Assembly (NCBI GenBank): GCA_043750125.1
Contig: JAYVCD010000382.1
Coordinates: forward strand, 1-35,985
Direction: 5' to 3'
Origin: Archangiaceae bacterium
GTDB lineage: Bacteria > Myxococcota > Myxococcia > Myxococcales > Myxococcaceae
DNA length: 35,985 bases
Of this stretch, positions 26,630 to 35,985 are shown piece after piece; position 1 is the stretch's first letter; each line of letters opens with the position of its first letter. The notes beneath the pieces were generated by a model. That model saw only the letters and a program-made list of their open reading frames with translations. It was not told the DNA's origin and made no database searches. Position numbers and translations under genes: made by a program.

Positions 26630-28135
26630 TCAGCCCAGGGCCGGGTCGGAAACTGCAAGTGCAAGCGCGTTGCTCAGCGGTACGCAGGTGTAGTTGGCGA
26701 AGTCGAAGCGCCGGGTCCTGAGCCGGAACTTGAACGTGAAGTCGGGCCAGAGGGTTCGGTTGCGGCCCGCCTGGTCGAGGTACCAGCTCATGCAACCGCT
26801 TTCCCAGACGGTGCGCCGCGACCGCTGATCGAGGTCTTCGATGAAGGCGCGCTGGACCTCGGGCTTGACTTCGACCGTTCGCAATCCGCGCTGCTCGACC
26901 CGCTGCAGGGCGTCGAGCACGTACGCCAGCTGCGATTCGATCATCACCAGCAGCGACGTGTGGCCGATGCCGGTGTTCGGCCCGGTGAGGAGGAAGAAGT
27001 TGGGAAAGCCTGCGACGGTGGTGCCCAGATAGGCTTCCATTCCATTCTTCCAGGCCTCGGCGAGGGACAAGCCGCCGCGGCCGCGGATCTGGACTTCGCC
27101 GAACGGATTTGTGGCCTGAAAGCCGGTGGCGAAGATGAGGCAGTCGACCGGGTGGTCGAAGCCGTCGGCAGTAACGATGCTGTGCGCCTTGATCCGGGCA
27201 ATTCCCGACGTGACCACCTCGACGTTCGAGCGGGTCAGCGCCGGGTAGTAGTCGTTGGAGAGCAACACCCGCTTGCAGCCCATGGTGTACGCGGGCGTGA
27301 GCGTCTGGCGCAGCGCGGGGTCGGGAACCTGAGCGGCCAGGTGATTGAGTGCCAGGCGCTGGGCGATTTTCAACAACCTTGGGTAGAAGCCAAAGGCGAC
27401 CACCCGGATTTCCATCCACCAGTAGAGGACGAGGCGGGCCACCCACTGCAGCACCGGCAAGGCGCGCATCAGCCGCTGCTCGGGCTGTCCAATCGGGCGG
27501 TCCGGCCGGGGCACGATCCACGGAGGCGTCCGCTGAAACAGCTTCAGGTGCGTGACCGTCGGGGCGATCTGCGGAACAAACTGAATCGCGCTCGCCCCGG
27601 TGCCGATCACGGCCACCCTCTTTCCCTCGAGCGGATAGTCGTGGGCCCACTGCTGGGAATGGAAGCTCTTGCCTTCGAAATTCTGAAGTCCCGGCAGCGC
27701 TGGCAGGGCGGGGCGCGAAAGGCCTCCGACCGCGGAAATGAGAAACCGCGCCTGCAGGCTGCGCCCTTCCCCCAGCTCGATGTTCCACCGCGCCTGTTCC
27801 TCATCCCAGCTCGCTGCGACGAGTTCGGTGTTCAGTTTGAGGAACGGTCGCAGCCCGTACCTGTCCGTCAGCGCGTTCAAGTAGGCGAAGATTTCGGGTT
27901 GCGGTGAGTAGGCCCGCGACCAGTTGGGGTTCTGCGCGAAAGAGAACGAGTACAGCCGGGAAGGCACGTCGCAGGCGCAGCCCGGGTAGGTGTTCTGATG
28001 CCAGGTGCCTCCGACCTCGGAAGCGCGATCGACCACGACAAAATCGGTGCGGCCGGCCTCTTTGAGACGAATCGCCATTCCCAGGCCCGAGAACCCTGCC
28101 CCGACAATTACCGTTTCGTACTGTTCAATTGTCAT
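26630..28135 (-). CDS. Flavin-containing (Baeyer-Villiger type) monooxygenase
   Basis: GAGFSG, GGTW..NTYPGCACD, fingerprint FEGKSFHSQQW (FxGxxxHxxxW), GTGASA, GCKR, FATGF. ATG at 28135. Confidence 0.93.
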   Translation of the reverse strand: MTIEQYETVIVGAGFSGLGMAIRLKEAGRTDFVVVDRASEVGGTWHQNTYPGCACDVPSRLYSFSFAQNPNWSRAYSPQPEIFAYLNALTDRYGLRPFLKLNTELVAASWDEEQARWNIELGEGRSLQARFLISAVGGLSRPALPALPGLQNFEGKSFHSQQWAHDYPLEGKRVAVIGTGASAIQFVPQIAPTVTHLKLFQRTPPWIVPRPDRPIGQPEQRLMRALPVLQWVARLVLYWWMEIRVVAFGFYPRLLKIAQRLALNHLAAQVPDPALRQTLTPAYTMGCKRVLLSNDYYPALTRSNVEVVTSGIARIKAHSIVTADGFDHPVDCLIFATGFQATNPFGEVQIRGRGGLSLAEAWKNGMEAYLGTTVAGFPNFFLLTGPNTGIGHTSLLVMIESQLAYVLDALQRVEQRGLRTVEVKPEVQRAFIEDLDQRSRRTVWESGCMSWYLDQAGRNRTLWPDFTFKFRLRTRRFDFANYTCVPLSNALALAVSDPALG

Positions 28136-28187
28136 CTGACACGCTCTGTTGTCCAACTGCGTAACTCTGACAACACATCGTGTCAGA
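28135..28187. promoter_or_regulatory. Twin inverted-repeat operator, likely for the TetR regulator
   Basis: TCTGACA-N8-TGTCAGA (28166-28187, perfect) and TCTGACA-N8-TGTCCAA (28135-28156), offset by 31 bp, between divergent genes. Confidence 0.75.
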
Positions 28188-28200
28188 AGGCAAACAGGCA

Positions 28201-28815
28201 ATGAAAAGCGCGCATTCGGCGGTGAAGAAAGATCGCAGCTATCGCGGCAGCCTCGGGGCCGAGCGCACCCGCCTGCGGCGAGCTCAGCTGATCGAGGCCG
28301 GCCAAATGCGCTTCGGAGCCGACGGCTACGCTGCGGTCAGTGTTCGGGGGGTGTGTGCCGAAGCGCGGCTCACCGAGCGTTACTTCTACGAGTCCTTCGC
28401 CAACCGGGAAGAGCTGCTGGCCGCGGTGTACCTCGACTCGGTGGGACAGCTGACCGCGGGAATTCAAGAGGCGATCGACGCTTCGGGAACGCTCACCGAA
28501 CAGATCCACGCGGGGCTGGGGGCGTACTTCGGGTTCATCAAGACCCACCGCCTGGCCGCCCGGGTGATTCTGCTCGAGGTGCTCGGGGTGAGCGCGGCGA
28601 TCGATGCGATCTACCGGGAAGTGATGTCCCAGTTCGCCCAGCTGCTGCAGACCAGGCTGCGGCTGCCTCACGCGACGCTGGTGGCCACCGGCCTGGTGGG
28701 CGCGGCGGTGAACATCGCGACCCAGTGGATGTTGGGAGGGTACCGTTCGCCCCAGCGGGCGGTGCTCGAGAGCTCGGCGCGAATTTTCTTAGCGGTCGCA
28801 CCGGAGTCCAAATGA
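28201..28815 (+). CDS. TetR/AcrR family transcriptional regulator
   Basis: HTH LIEAG..FGADGYAAVSVRGVCAEARLTERYFYESFANREELL. ATG at 28201; alternative GTG at 28180. Confidence 0.92.
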   Translation: MKSAHSAVKKDRSYRGSLGAERTRLRRAQLIEAGQMRFGADGYAAVSVRGVCAEARLTERYFYESFANREELLAAVYLDSVGQLTAGIQEAIDASGTLTEQIHAGLGAYFGFIKTHRLAARVILLEVLGVSAAIDAIYREVMSQFAQLLQTRLRLPHATLVATGLVGAAVNIATQWMLGGYRSPQRAVLESSARIFLAVAPESK

Positions 28816-29765
28816 AGCGCAGTCGATGGTGGATGGTGGCCGCGGTACCCTTCGTTCTCGTGGGGGGGCTGACGGCGGTGCAACGCCTCGACCCCAAAGG
28901 CTCGTCCGACCTGCTGCTGGGGCTCGAGCGCAGTCGGGCCGGGCTGAATCTCGAACGGGTCCAGGTCGACGGCTATGAGGTGGCGTACCTCGACAGCGGC
29001 CCGTGGGCGAATCGCGAGACGATCGTGATGTTGCACGGCATCGGCGCCGACAAGGACCACTTCACCCGGGTCTCAGCCCCGCTGACCGAGCGGTACCGGG
29101 TGATCAGCATCGACCTTCCGGGGTTCGGAGACAGCACGCGAACGAACTTGCCGTGGGACATTCCGGCGCAGACCGCGCGGCTCAATCGAATCGTCACCAC
29201 GCTCGGGCTGACCCGCTTTCATCTGGGCGGCAGCTCGATGGGTGGCTTCATCGCCCTGAGGTATGCCGAAGCCCACCCGCACGACGTGCTCAGCCTGTGG
29301 TTGCTCGACCCGGCGGGGGTGGACGGGGTGAAGGTGACGCCGGTGGTGGCAGACGCGGCGGTCACCGGGCGTTCGGCGTTGTTCGCGCGAAACCCCGAAG
29401 ACGTCGAGGCGATCTTCACGCTCGTCTTCTCGCACCCGCCATTTTTGCCGTGGTCGGTGAAGCAGACCCACACCGAGCAGATGGTGCGCGACGAGTCGCT
29501 CCATCAGCAGATCTACAAAGCGGTGCGCGCGTCCGAGCCGGTGAACGCGTCGGCCCCGAACATCGCGACGCCGACTCTGATTGTCTGGGGCGACGATGAC
29601 CGGGTGCTCGATGTGTCGGGAGGCCAGGTGCTGGTGAAGCTGTTGCCGCATGCCCGGCTGGAAGTGATGCCCGGGCTGGGACACCTGCCGATGCTCGAAG
29701 ATCCGAAGGGCTGCGCGGTGAGCTACCTCAAGTTTCTGAACGAGCTGCCGAAGTCGCAGCTTTAG
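28812..29765 (+). CDS. Alpha/beta hydrolase (lipase/esterase) with N-terminal signal or anchor
   Basis: MLHGIG, DLPGFG, nucleophile GSSMG, WGDDD and GHLP. ATGA overlap with tetR. Confidence 0.9.
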   Translation: MKRSRWWMVAAVPFVLVGGLTAVQRLDPKGSSDLLLGLERSRAGLNLERVQVDGYEVAYLDSGPWANRETIVMLHGIGADKDHFTRVSAPLTERYRVISIDLPGFGDSTRTNLPWDIPAQTARLNRIVTTLGLTRFHLGGSSMGGFIALRYAEAHPHDVLSLWLLDPAGVDGVKVTPVVADAAVTGRSALFARNPEDVEAIFTLVFSHPPFLPWSVKQTHTEQMVRDESLHQQIYKAVRASEPVNASAPNIATPTLIVWGDDDRVLDVSGGQVLVKLLPHARLEVMPGLGHLPMLEDPKGCAVSYLKFLNELPKSQL

Positions 29766-30775
29766 CTCGCCTTCTCGACCCTTCCGTCGGCGTGCCTCGC
29801 GTATCGGCCGGTCTCGCGCGAGTGGACCGGACCCTGACTGGGCCAGGGCCAGCCGCCGAAGCGGGTGCGCTCGTAATCGGCGAACGCCTGTTCCAGCTCT
29901 TCGCGGGTGTTCATCACGAACGGTCCGTAGTGGGCGACCTTCTCGCCAATCGGCCGACCCTGCAGCAAAAGCAGCTCGCTGTCGGTGGTGGCGACAAGCT
30001 CGAGCCCGGCATCGGATTGCACGGTGACCGAGCTGTTCGAGGCGATGGCCCGTTTGCCGAGGGTCAACCCCTGCCCGCGAAAGAAGTAGAGGGTGCGGTT
30101 CAACCCCGACAGCCCCGCGGGCAGCTGATAGCTCGAGCCGGCGCTCATCTTGATCGACCAGATGGCCACTTCAGAGGCGCCGCGCGCGGCCCACGAATGC
30201 GGCGGAGGCTTCGGCGCGACCGTCTGTCCGACCTGCCCGGCGATCACCGTCACCTCGACCTTCCCGCGGCTGCCGGTCGACACCACGGGAACATTCTCGT
30301 TCCAAAACATCGAGAAGTGGGGCTCGACGAGCTTGTCGGCGTGGGGAAGGTTGAGCCAGATCTGAAACAGCTCGACCGGGTTCCCCTGCTTGGGGTCGAG
30401 CAGCGGAAACATCTCGGAATGGACGATGCCCTTTCCCGCGGTCATCCACTGCACATCGCCGTGGCCGAAGCGCGCGGTCGCTCCGAGTGAATCGGAGTGG
30501 TCGATGAACCCCCGCCGCGCAATCGTCACCGTCTCGAACCCTCGGTGGGGGTGCTGGGGGAAACCGGGCACCACATCGCCGTGGTACATGCGCCAGCCGT
30601 CTTTGCCTTCGAAGTCGCTGCCGATTGCCCGACCCGCCAACGAAGTGGCCGGCCCCATTACTTCGTTGCCGGCGGGGTAGGCGTCGTCGTGGTGAACGCA
30701 AAAGAGGAAGGGGTCGAGCGTCTTCCAGGGAAAACCCAGAGGCGCCACTTCGAGAATCGGATCGCGGTTGGTCAT
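29762..30775 (-). CDS. Pirin family protein
   Basis: LDPFL, GFPQHPHRGFETVT, QWMTAGKGIVHSE, FQIWLNLP, YGPFVMN. ATG at 30775. Confidence 0.93.
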   Translation of the reverse strand: MTNRDPILEVAPLGFPWKTLDPFLFCVHHDDAYPAGNEVMGPATSLAGRAIGSDFEGKDGWRMYHGDVVPGFPQHPHRGFETVTIARRGFIDHSDSLGATARFGHGDVQWMTAGKGIVHSEMFPLLDPKQGNPVELFQIWLNLPHADKLVEPHFSMFWNENVPVVSTGSRGKVEVTVIAGQVGQTVAPKPPPHSWAARGASEVAIWSIKMSAGSSYQLPAGLSGLNRTLYFFRGQGLTLGKRAIASNSSVTVQSDAGLELVATTDSELLLLQGRPIGEKVAHYGPFVMNTREELEQAFADYERTRFGGWPWPSQGPVHSRETGRYARHADGRVEKAS

Positions 30776-30870
30776 TGCCCGGAGAACGTAACGCGGCGGG
30801 TACAGCAGGCACGTGGGACACCGCGAGACACACTGTCCCAGAACGGACGCGGCTAGACTTGGGGCCTCGC

Positions 30871-32595
30871 GTGCGAACTCTGATTCTGGTGCTGTTGGTG
30901 CTTGGAACAAGCTCCCGCGGTGAGCCTTCTGCAGAAGTCCAGTTGACGCTGCTGTCGCTTCGAAATGGCGAGCGGGCGCGGGTGGAAAAAGCGGTCGGCC
31001 CGGTCGACGAGATGCCGCTGTACCGCGCGCAGCTCGAGCTCAACCCGGCGAAGCGCGAGGTCACCGGAAAGGTGTTGTTCACCCCCTTCGCCCGGAAGGC
31101 GCCGCTGGAAGTGCTGTACCTGCGCATCAACGCCAACCAACAAGAGCGCCGGGTGAAGCTGTCGCACGCCACCCTCGATGGGAGGCCGGCGGTCCTCGAG
31201 CAGCCCGAGCCGACGCTGTACCGGGTTCGGCTCGATCCTCCGGTTCCACAGGGATCCTCGGCAGTGATTGAAGTGCGGCTGGTGGCGAACGTGCCCCCCG
31301 CGATGTCGAACAGCGATTCGCTGGCCGCCTCGGGCCTGGCCGACGACAAAGGGCACGACTACGGAGCGTTCTCGGTCGCGCCCGAAATCGTGAGCCTCGC
31401 CGGAATGCTGCCCGGAATCGCCGCGCTCAATTCCGACGCAGAGCCCTCGCCCGGCCCGACCGGAATCGGAGACCTGGGGGACTTCGAGCTGGGTCAGTGG
31501 CTGGTCAGCGTCAGCGTTCCCGACGCCTGGGTGGTGGTGGCCCCCGGACTGGGGCTGGGCGATGTCCCCGAGCCCGGAGGCAAGACCCGCTACACCTACG
31601 CGATCGCCGCGGCGCGCGACTTCGCGCTCTTCGCCACCCGCGGCTACGAGCTGACCTGCGGAAAGGTCGACGACATCACCGTCGAAAGCCGGTTCATGCT
31701 CGCCGACAAGGACGCGGGGAAACGCGTCTACAAATACGCCGTCGACGCCCTGGCCGAGTACCAAAAGCGGTTTGGCCCCTACCCGTACACCACCTTCCGG
31801 ATCCTCGAGGCGCGGCTGCACGGCGGCGCGGGAGGAATGGAATTCCCCGGCCTGGTCACCATCAGCACCGCGCTCTACCGGGGGGCCTCGGACCCGCTGG
31901 CCGCTTTGGGAATGCCCGGGGTCTCGACCATTCCCGAGCTGCGCGGACTGCTGGGAGCCTTGAAGCCGATGATCGAAGGGACCCTGGAATTCACGGTCGC
32001 TCATGAGGTGGCGCACCAGTGGTTTGCGATGATGGTCGGCAACGATGCGATCAACGAGCCGGTGGTCGATGAGCCGCTGGCCCAGCATTCGGGGCTGCTC
32101 TACCTCGAGGCCCGCCGGGGAAAGCCGGTCGCGGATGCGATGCGAAAAGCTCAGCTGACGGGCGCGTACCAGATGATGCGGGTGATGGGCGGCGAAGACG
32201 GCCCGGCGAATCGGCCGACCGGGGACTTCGAGGGCACCCATGTGTACGCGGCGTTGATCTACGGGAAGGCGCCGCAGTTTTACGATCACGCGCGCAAGCT
32301 CCTCGGCGACGAGAAGTATTTCAAGACCCTGCGCGCCTACGCCGACACCTACCGCTGGGGCCTGGCGCGCCCCGACAGCCTGACTGCGATGTTGAGCAAG
32401 GCGTCGGGCAGTCAGGCCCGCGCCCTGGAAAAGCTGCGCAAGCGCTGGTGGGACGAAGCGCACGGGGATGAGGATCTGGGCAATCCCGATTTGAGCGCGA
32501 TCTTCGCGGGCGCGCTTCCGGACGGCGCCCTCGATTCCAACACGCTCAAAGTGCTCGAAGAGGCGATGCGCGCGCTGGGGGGCAGCGACCCTTGA
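30871..32595 (+). CDS. Exported M1-family (gluzincin) aminopeptidase
   Basis: GGMEF, HEVAH-x18-E and IYGKA. The GTG 30871 start gives a signal-like RTLILVLLVLG. Confidence 0.88.
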   Translation: MRTLILVLLVLGTSSRGEPSAEVQLTLLSLRNGERARVEKAVGPVDEMPLYRAQLELNPAKREVTGKVLFTPFARKAPLEVLYLRINANQQERRVKLSHATLDGRPAVLEQPEPTLYRVRLDPPVPQGSSAVIEVRLVANVPPAMSNSDSLAASGLADDKGHDYGAFSVAPEIVSLAGMLPGIAALNSDAEPSPGPTGIGDLGDFELGQWLVSVSVPDAWVVVAPGLGLGDVPEPGGKTRYTYAIAAARDFALFATRGYELTCGKVDDITVESRFMLADKDAGKRVYKYAVDALAEYQKRFGPYPYTTFRILEARLHGGAGGMEFPGLVTISTALYRGASDPLAALGMPGVSTIPELRGLLGALKPMIEGTLEFTVAHEVAHQWFAMMVGNDAINEPVVDEPLAQHSGLLYLEARRGKPVADAMRKAQLTGAYQMMRVMGGEDGPANRPTGDFEGTHVYAALIYGKAPQFYDHARKLLGDEKYFKTLRAYADTYRWGLARPDSLTAMLSKASGSQARALEKLRKRWWDEAHGDEDLGNPDLSAIFAGALPDGALDSNTLKVLEEAMRALGGSDP

Positions 32596-32611
32596 GCCCC
32601 GAACCAGCCGG

Positions 32612-34117
32612 CTAATCGAACAGCGCCTGCACGAACTCTTTGGGCTCGAACGGGCGCAGGTCGGCGACCTTTTCTCCAACGCCCGCCCACGCGACCGGCA
32701 GCTTGAGCTCATCGCAGATGCCGATGATCACCCCTCCCTTCGCGGTGCCATCGAGCTTGGTCAGCGCGATCGCGGTAATCCCGACCGCGTCGTGGAACTG
32801 GCGGGCCTGCATGATCGCGTTCTGGCCATTGGTCGAATCGAGCACCAGCAGCACCTCGTGGGGCGCTCCGGGCAGGGCCTTGTCGATCACCCGCTTCACC
32901 TTCTTCAGCTCTTCCATCAGCGGGGTCTGGGTGTGAAGCCGGCCGGCGGTATCGGCGAGCACCAGGTCGGCGCCCGTTTCGCGCGCGAGCTTGATCGCCT
33001 CGAAGATCACCGCCCCCGGATCTGAGTCTTCCTTTCCCTTCACCAGCTTCGCATTGGCGCGAACGGCCCAGACATCGAGCTGCTCGGCGGCCGCGGCTCG
33101 GAACGTGTCTCCCGCGGCCAACACCACCTTCTTCCCTGCGGCGGTGGCCTTGGCGGCGAGCTTGCCGATGGTGGTCGTCTTTCCCGAGCCGTTGACGCCG
33201 ACCACCATGATCACGTGAGGAGGCCCGCCTCCGCCCAGGGTGTGCGAGGCGCGCAGGTCGACGATTCTCGAGACCTCGGTGCGGATCACGTCTTTGAGCT
33301 TGTCGGCGCTGGCCAGCTCATTCTTCCGCGCCTTGTCCCGCGCGATCGTCACCAGGCTCTGGGCCGTCTTCACCCCGATGTCGGCCGTGAAGAGCACCTC
33401 TTCGAGCTCGGCGAGCACGCTCTCGTCGATCGCTTTCGGGGCTCCGCCGAACAGCCGGTTGAGGCCCGACATGAAGCCTTCGTTCTTCGTCTTCTGCAGG
33501 CCGGCGAACAGGGTCTGCCCGGCCTGGGCGTCGATGCGCACCCGCTCTTCGGCGGTGGCGATCGCCTTCACGGCCTCTTCTTCCGCGCGCGCCTTCGCCA
33601 ACATCAAAGACGCGAGCCGTTTGCTCTCTTCGCGCTCGGCCTCGTGGCGCTTCTTCTCTTCGGCGTCGGCGCCCTTCTGCGCCTGGTAGGCCTGCTTCTT
33701 CGCCGTCTCTTCGAGCTCTTTGAGCGCCTTTTCCTGGGCGGTGAGCGCGCTCTTCGTCGCTTCGTCGGCGCCTTTGCCTTCCGCTGCCAGCGCGTCCCGC
33801 TTGCGCCGCGCGTCCTCGGCCTGCTTGCGGGCCGCTTCGACCTCGGCGAGCCGCGAGATCTCGGCCGGGCTGGCAGGAAGGACGACCTTCGCGATCTCGG
33901 TCAGCGGCGCGGTCGCGGTCTCACCGGCGAGGGCCTTCGGGGCCGGTAGCGCAGAAGACTTCGGCTTGAAGAACAGCTGCCGCGCGAGCAACACCAACAG
34001 CACGAGCAGAAAGACGGCAGCGACAATCGCGATCACCGTGGTGTCCAGCCCCCCAAGTCCGGTCTTCACCTCGTTCACAGGAGGGACGGTCAGTTGGGCC
34101 AGCAGGCTCAGTCGCAT
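32612..34117 (-). CDS. ftsY: SRP receptor FtsY with N-terminal TM helix and charged helical linker
   Basis: GVNGSGKTT, DTFRAAA, DTAGR, TKLDGTAKGG, GVGEKVADL. Confidence 0.97.
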   Translation of the reverse strand: MRLSLLAQLTVPPVNEVKTGLGGLDTTVIAIVAAVFLLVLLVLLARQLFFKPKSSALPAPKALAGETATAPLTEIAKVVLPASPAEISRLAEVEAARKQAEDARRKRDALAAEGKGADEATKSALTAQEKALKELEETAKKQAYQAQKGADAEEKKRHEAEREESKRLASLMLAKARAEEEAVKAIATAEERVRIDAQAGQTLFAGLQKTKNEGFMSGLNRLFGGAPKAIDESVLAELEEVLFTADIGVKTAQSLVTIARDKARKNELASADKLKDVIRTEVSRIVDLRASHTLGGGGPPHVIMVVGVNGSGKTTTIGKLAAKATAAGKKVVLAAGDTFRAAAAEQLDVWAVRANAKLVKGKEDSDPGAVIFEAIKLARETGADLVLADTAGRLHTQTPLMEELKKVKRVIDKALPGAPHEVLLVLDSTNGQNAIMQARQFHDAVGITAIALTKLDGTAKGGVIIGICDELKLPVAWAGVGEKVADLRPFEPKEFVQALFD

Positions 34118-34150
34118 TGGTCGAAGGCGCTTAGGCTATAAGCCGCCTCA

Positions 34151-34696
34151 ATGCGCCCCCTACTTCTTTCCTGCGTTCTGTGCTGCAGCGCCTGCATCGT
34201 GCCGGCCCCTTCGACCGAGTCGGCTCCCGAGCGACAAAAAACGGTGGTAGCGAACGCGCCTGCGCTGCAGTTGCCCAGCGGAGCGAACCTCGGGGACAAG
34301 ATCGAGATCACCTCGTTGACCATTCAGCCCGGCGTGGCGTCACCGGGTGAAGCGGTGAAGGTCAGCGCGTTCTACAAAGTCCTCGCGGACATGGACACCG
34401 ACTACCTGGTCTTCGTCCACGTCGAGGACGTCGACGGAAAAGTCGAGCGCCTCAATGCCGACCACCCCGCGGCAGGCGGAACCGTTCCCACCAGCAAGTG
34501 GAAGAAGGGCGAGACGATTCGAGACGATTTCCAGGTGTTCGTGCCGCCCACGATGAACGTGCGCGGGCTCAACCTGTTGATGGGCTTCTGGGATCCGAAG
34601 ACCGACGCGCGACTGCCGTTGAAGAACGTCGATGCGATTCGGCACGACGGGCAGAACCGGATTCTGATTGGACAGATTCCGGTTCAGGCCCAGTGA
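34151..34696 (+). CDS. Hypothetical lipoprotein with an Ig-like domain
   Basis: Lipobox-like CSA-C. The motif VFVHVED..DHP..GG..PTSKWKKGETIRD..GFWD..RLP resembles, from recall, domains appended to membrane glycosyltransferases. Confidence 0.7.
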   Translation: MRPLLLSCVLCCSACIVPAPSTESAPERQKTVVANAPALQLPSGANLGDKIEITSLTIQPGVASPGEAVKVSAFYKVLADMDTDYLVFVHVEDVDGKVERLNADHPAAGGTVPTSKWKKGETIRDDFQVFVPPTMNVRGLNLLMGFWDPKTDARLPLKNVDAIRHDGQNRILIGQIPVQAQ

Positions 34697-34702
34697 GCGC
34701 GG

Positions 34703-35985
34703 CTATTCCCAGTTGACCAGCAGCTCGTAGGCGCTCTTGTAGATGGACCACGGCGGGTAGAAGGTGCCGTAGGAGACCTTGACCAACCACTCGCCGGTGA
34801 CGTTGAGCGAGTCGGTGCGAAGGTCCTCGTGGTAGCTGTTGTCGAGGGAAGCGGAGTAGAGCGCCCCATCGGGTCGGAACACTTCGAGCTTCGTGTCGGT
34901 GTTGTAACCCGAGCTCATAGTGACGCGGGTCCGGACACGCAGGTGCCGTCCCAGCTCGGCGTCGGTCACGACCACCCGGAAGAAATCGACATCAGTTCCC
35001 GAAGTGAACGAGGCGACTTGCAGCGAGGGCAGCACCAGCACGGGCGCGGTCTCCTTGGTGTCGTTCGGCTCGACCTCGCTCAGGCGGCTGAGCGGCGCGA
35101 CGCTGAAGGTGTAGTTGAAGCCGCTGGTGCCGGTGGGATCGAAGGCGACGAAATAGAACGGGGTCCCCAGGGGAGTGAAGGTGTAGTTGTTGGTCAAAGC
35201 CACGGTGCCGACGAACTTCCCGGCGCCGGTCATGACCGCGAGCATCGGGTTGCCGACGGGAGCTCCGGCTCCGCTGGTGCTGGTGACCGACGCGAGGACT
35301 TCTCCGCTGGTGCCGCCGCTCTGGAACTTGAATTCGGTCGAGGAAAACGGCTGGGAGAACGTGCCGGTGACCGCGGTGCCTGCGTCCAGCGTCTGCTCGG
35401 CCAGGTCGGCGAAGTCGTAGAGCTGCGGGAAGACGAAGCTGCGCTCGCTGGGACGGCCGAATTGATTCACCACCCGCAGGTCGCGCATTCCCAGCGGCGA
35501 GTCGATGTCTCCGGTGACCAGCAGGTCGACCTGGCGGGGCTTCACGTCCTGCACCACCACCACCGAGCTGGGTGAAGAAGTCGCCCGGACGCCGAGGTAG
35601 GTCAGCCCGTTCCACGAGGTGTCGAAGCTGAAGTTCGGATCATTGGAAATGATTCGGACCAGGGCCACCGCTCCGCGACCGGGTTTGCCGAGCACTTCGG
35701 CGCGGTAGAGAGGAAGGATCTTGAACGCATTTTTCCAGCTGACCGTTTTTCCGTTTTGGGTGACGTTGATGTCCCGCGTGCCCGGCATTGCAGCCTTGTC
35801 GACGGTGAGGGTCGCGATCAGCGCCAACGGGCTGGGCGAGGTGATCTTGCTGACCGCGACGCCTTCGCCAAAGGTGATGATCGCGCCATTGGTCCACTCG
35901 GTGTTTGCGCCGGTGAACGCTACGTCCAGGCTCTGACCGACCACCACCGCCGACGGGGTGACGGCGGCAATCGCGGGAACCACTT
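34703..35985 (-). CDS. Secreted beta-sandwich protein (IPT/TIG-like plus PPC-like domains); 5' end lies outside the window
   Basis: Frame is open to the window edge. PAIAAVTPS..GQSLDV..G (IPT-like) and EVEPNDT..DVDFF..DTKLEVFRPDG (PPC-like). Confidence 0.7.
   Translation of the reverse strand, partial: VVPAIAAVTPSAVVVGQSLDVAFTGANTEWTNGAIITFGEGVAVSKITSPSPLALIATLTVDKAAMPGTRDINVTQNGKTVSWKNAFKILPLYRAEVLGKPGRGAVALVRIISNDPNFSFDTSWNGLTYLGVRATSSPSSVVVVQDVKPRQVDLLVTGDIDSPLGMRDLRVVNQFGRPSERSFVFPQLYDFADLAEQTLDAGTAVTGTFSQPFSSTEFKFQSGGTSGEVLASVTSTSGAGAPVGNPMLAVMTGAGKFVGTVALTNNYTFTPLGTPFYFVAFDPTGTSGFNYTFSVAPLSRLSEVEPNDTKETAPVLVLPSLQVASFTSGTDVDFFRVVVTDAELGRHLRVRTRVTMSSGYNTDTKLEVFRPDGALYSASLDNSYHEDLRTDSLNVTGEWLVKVSYGTFYPPWSIYKSAYELLVNWE

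Overview
A 36 kb, GC-rich, gene-dense bacterial window that reads as myxobacterial (Myxococcota). The evidence is a MYXO-CTERM-type sorting tail, a DUF2378-like gene, an ElbD-type ether-lipid multienzyme and a Hanks-type kinase. There are about 28 CDS and one disrupted gene. I recognised no rRNA, tRNA, CRISPR array, integrase or transposase. Left to right: (1) a palindrome-rich non-coding start, then a comM/yifB-gntR pair with a near-consensus sigma54 promoter. (2) An ~18 kb run of co-oriented minus-strand genes, in transcription order: elbD, elbE-like SDR, Zn-ribbon protein, exbB, exbD, exbD, radical SAM, FAD enzyme, TonB-dependent receptor, DUF11/MYXO-CTERM protein, CAP lipoprotein, tonB, broken DUF2378 gene. 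(3) A Ser/Thr kinase-receiver fusion. (4) A collagen-like lipoprotein followed by two paralogous membrane-anchored TonB-C/AgmX-like proteins, which is the best candidate for an undescribed system. (5) A CBS protein, a BVMO / TetR-hydrolase divergon with a twin operator, pirin, an M1 peptidase, ftsY, a lipoprotein and a partial secreted protein. All family calls come from reading motifs by eye; no database searches were run.
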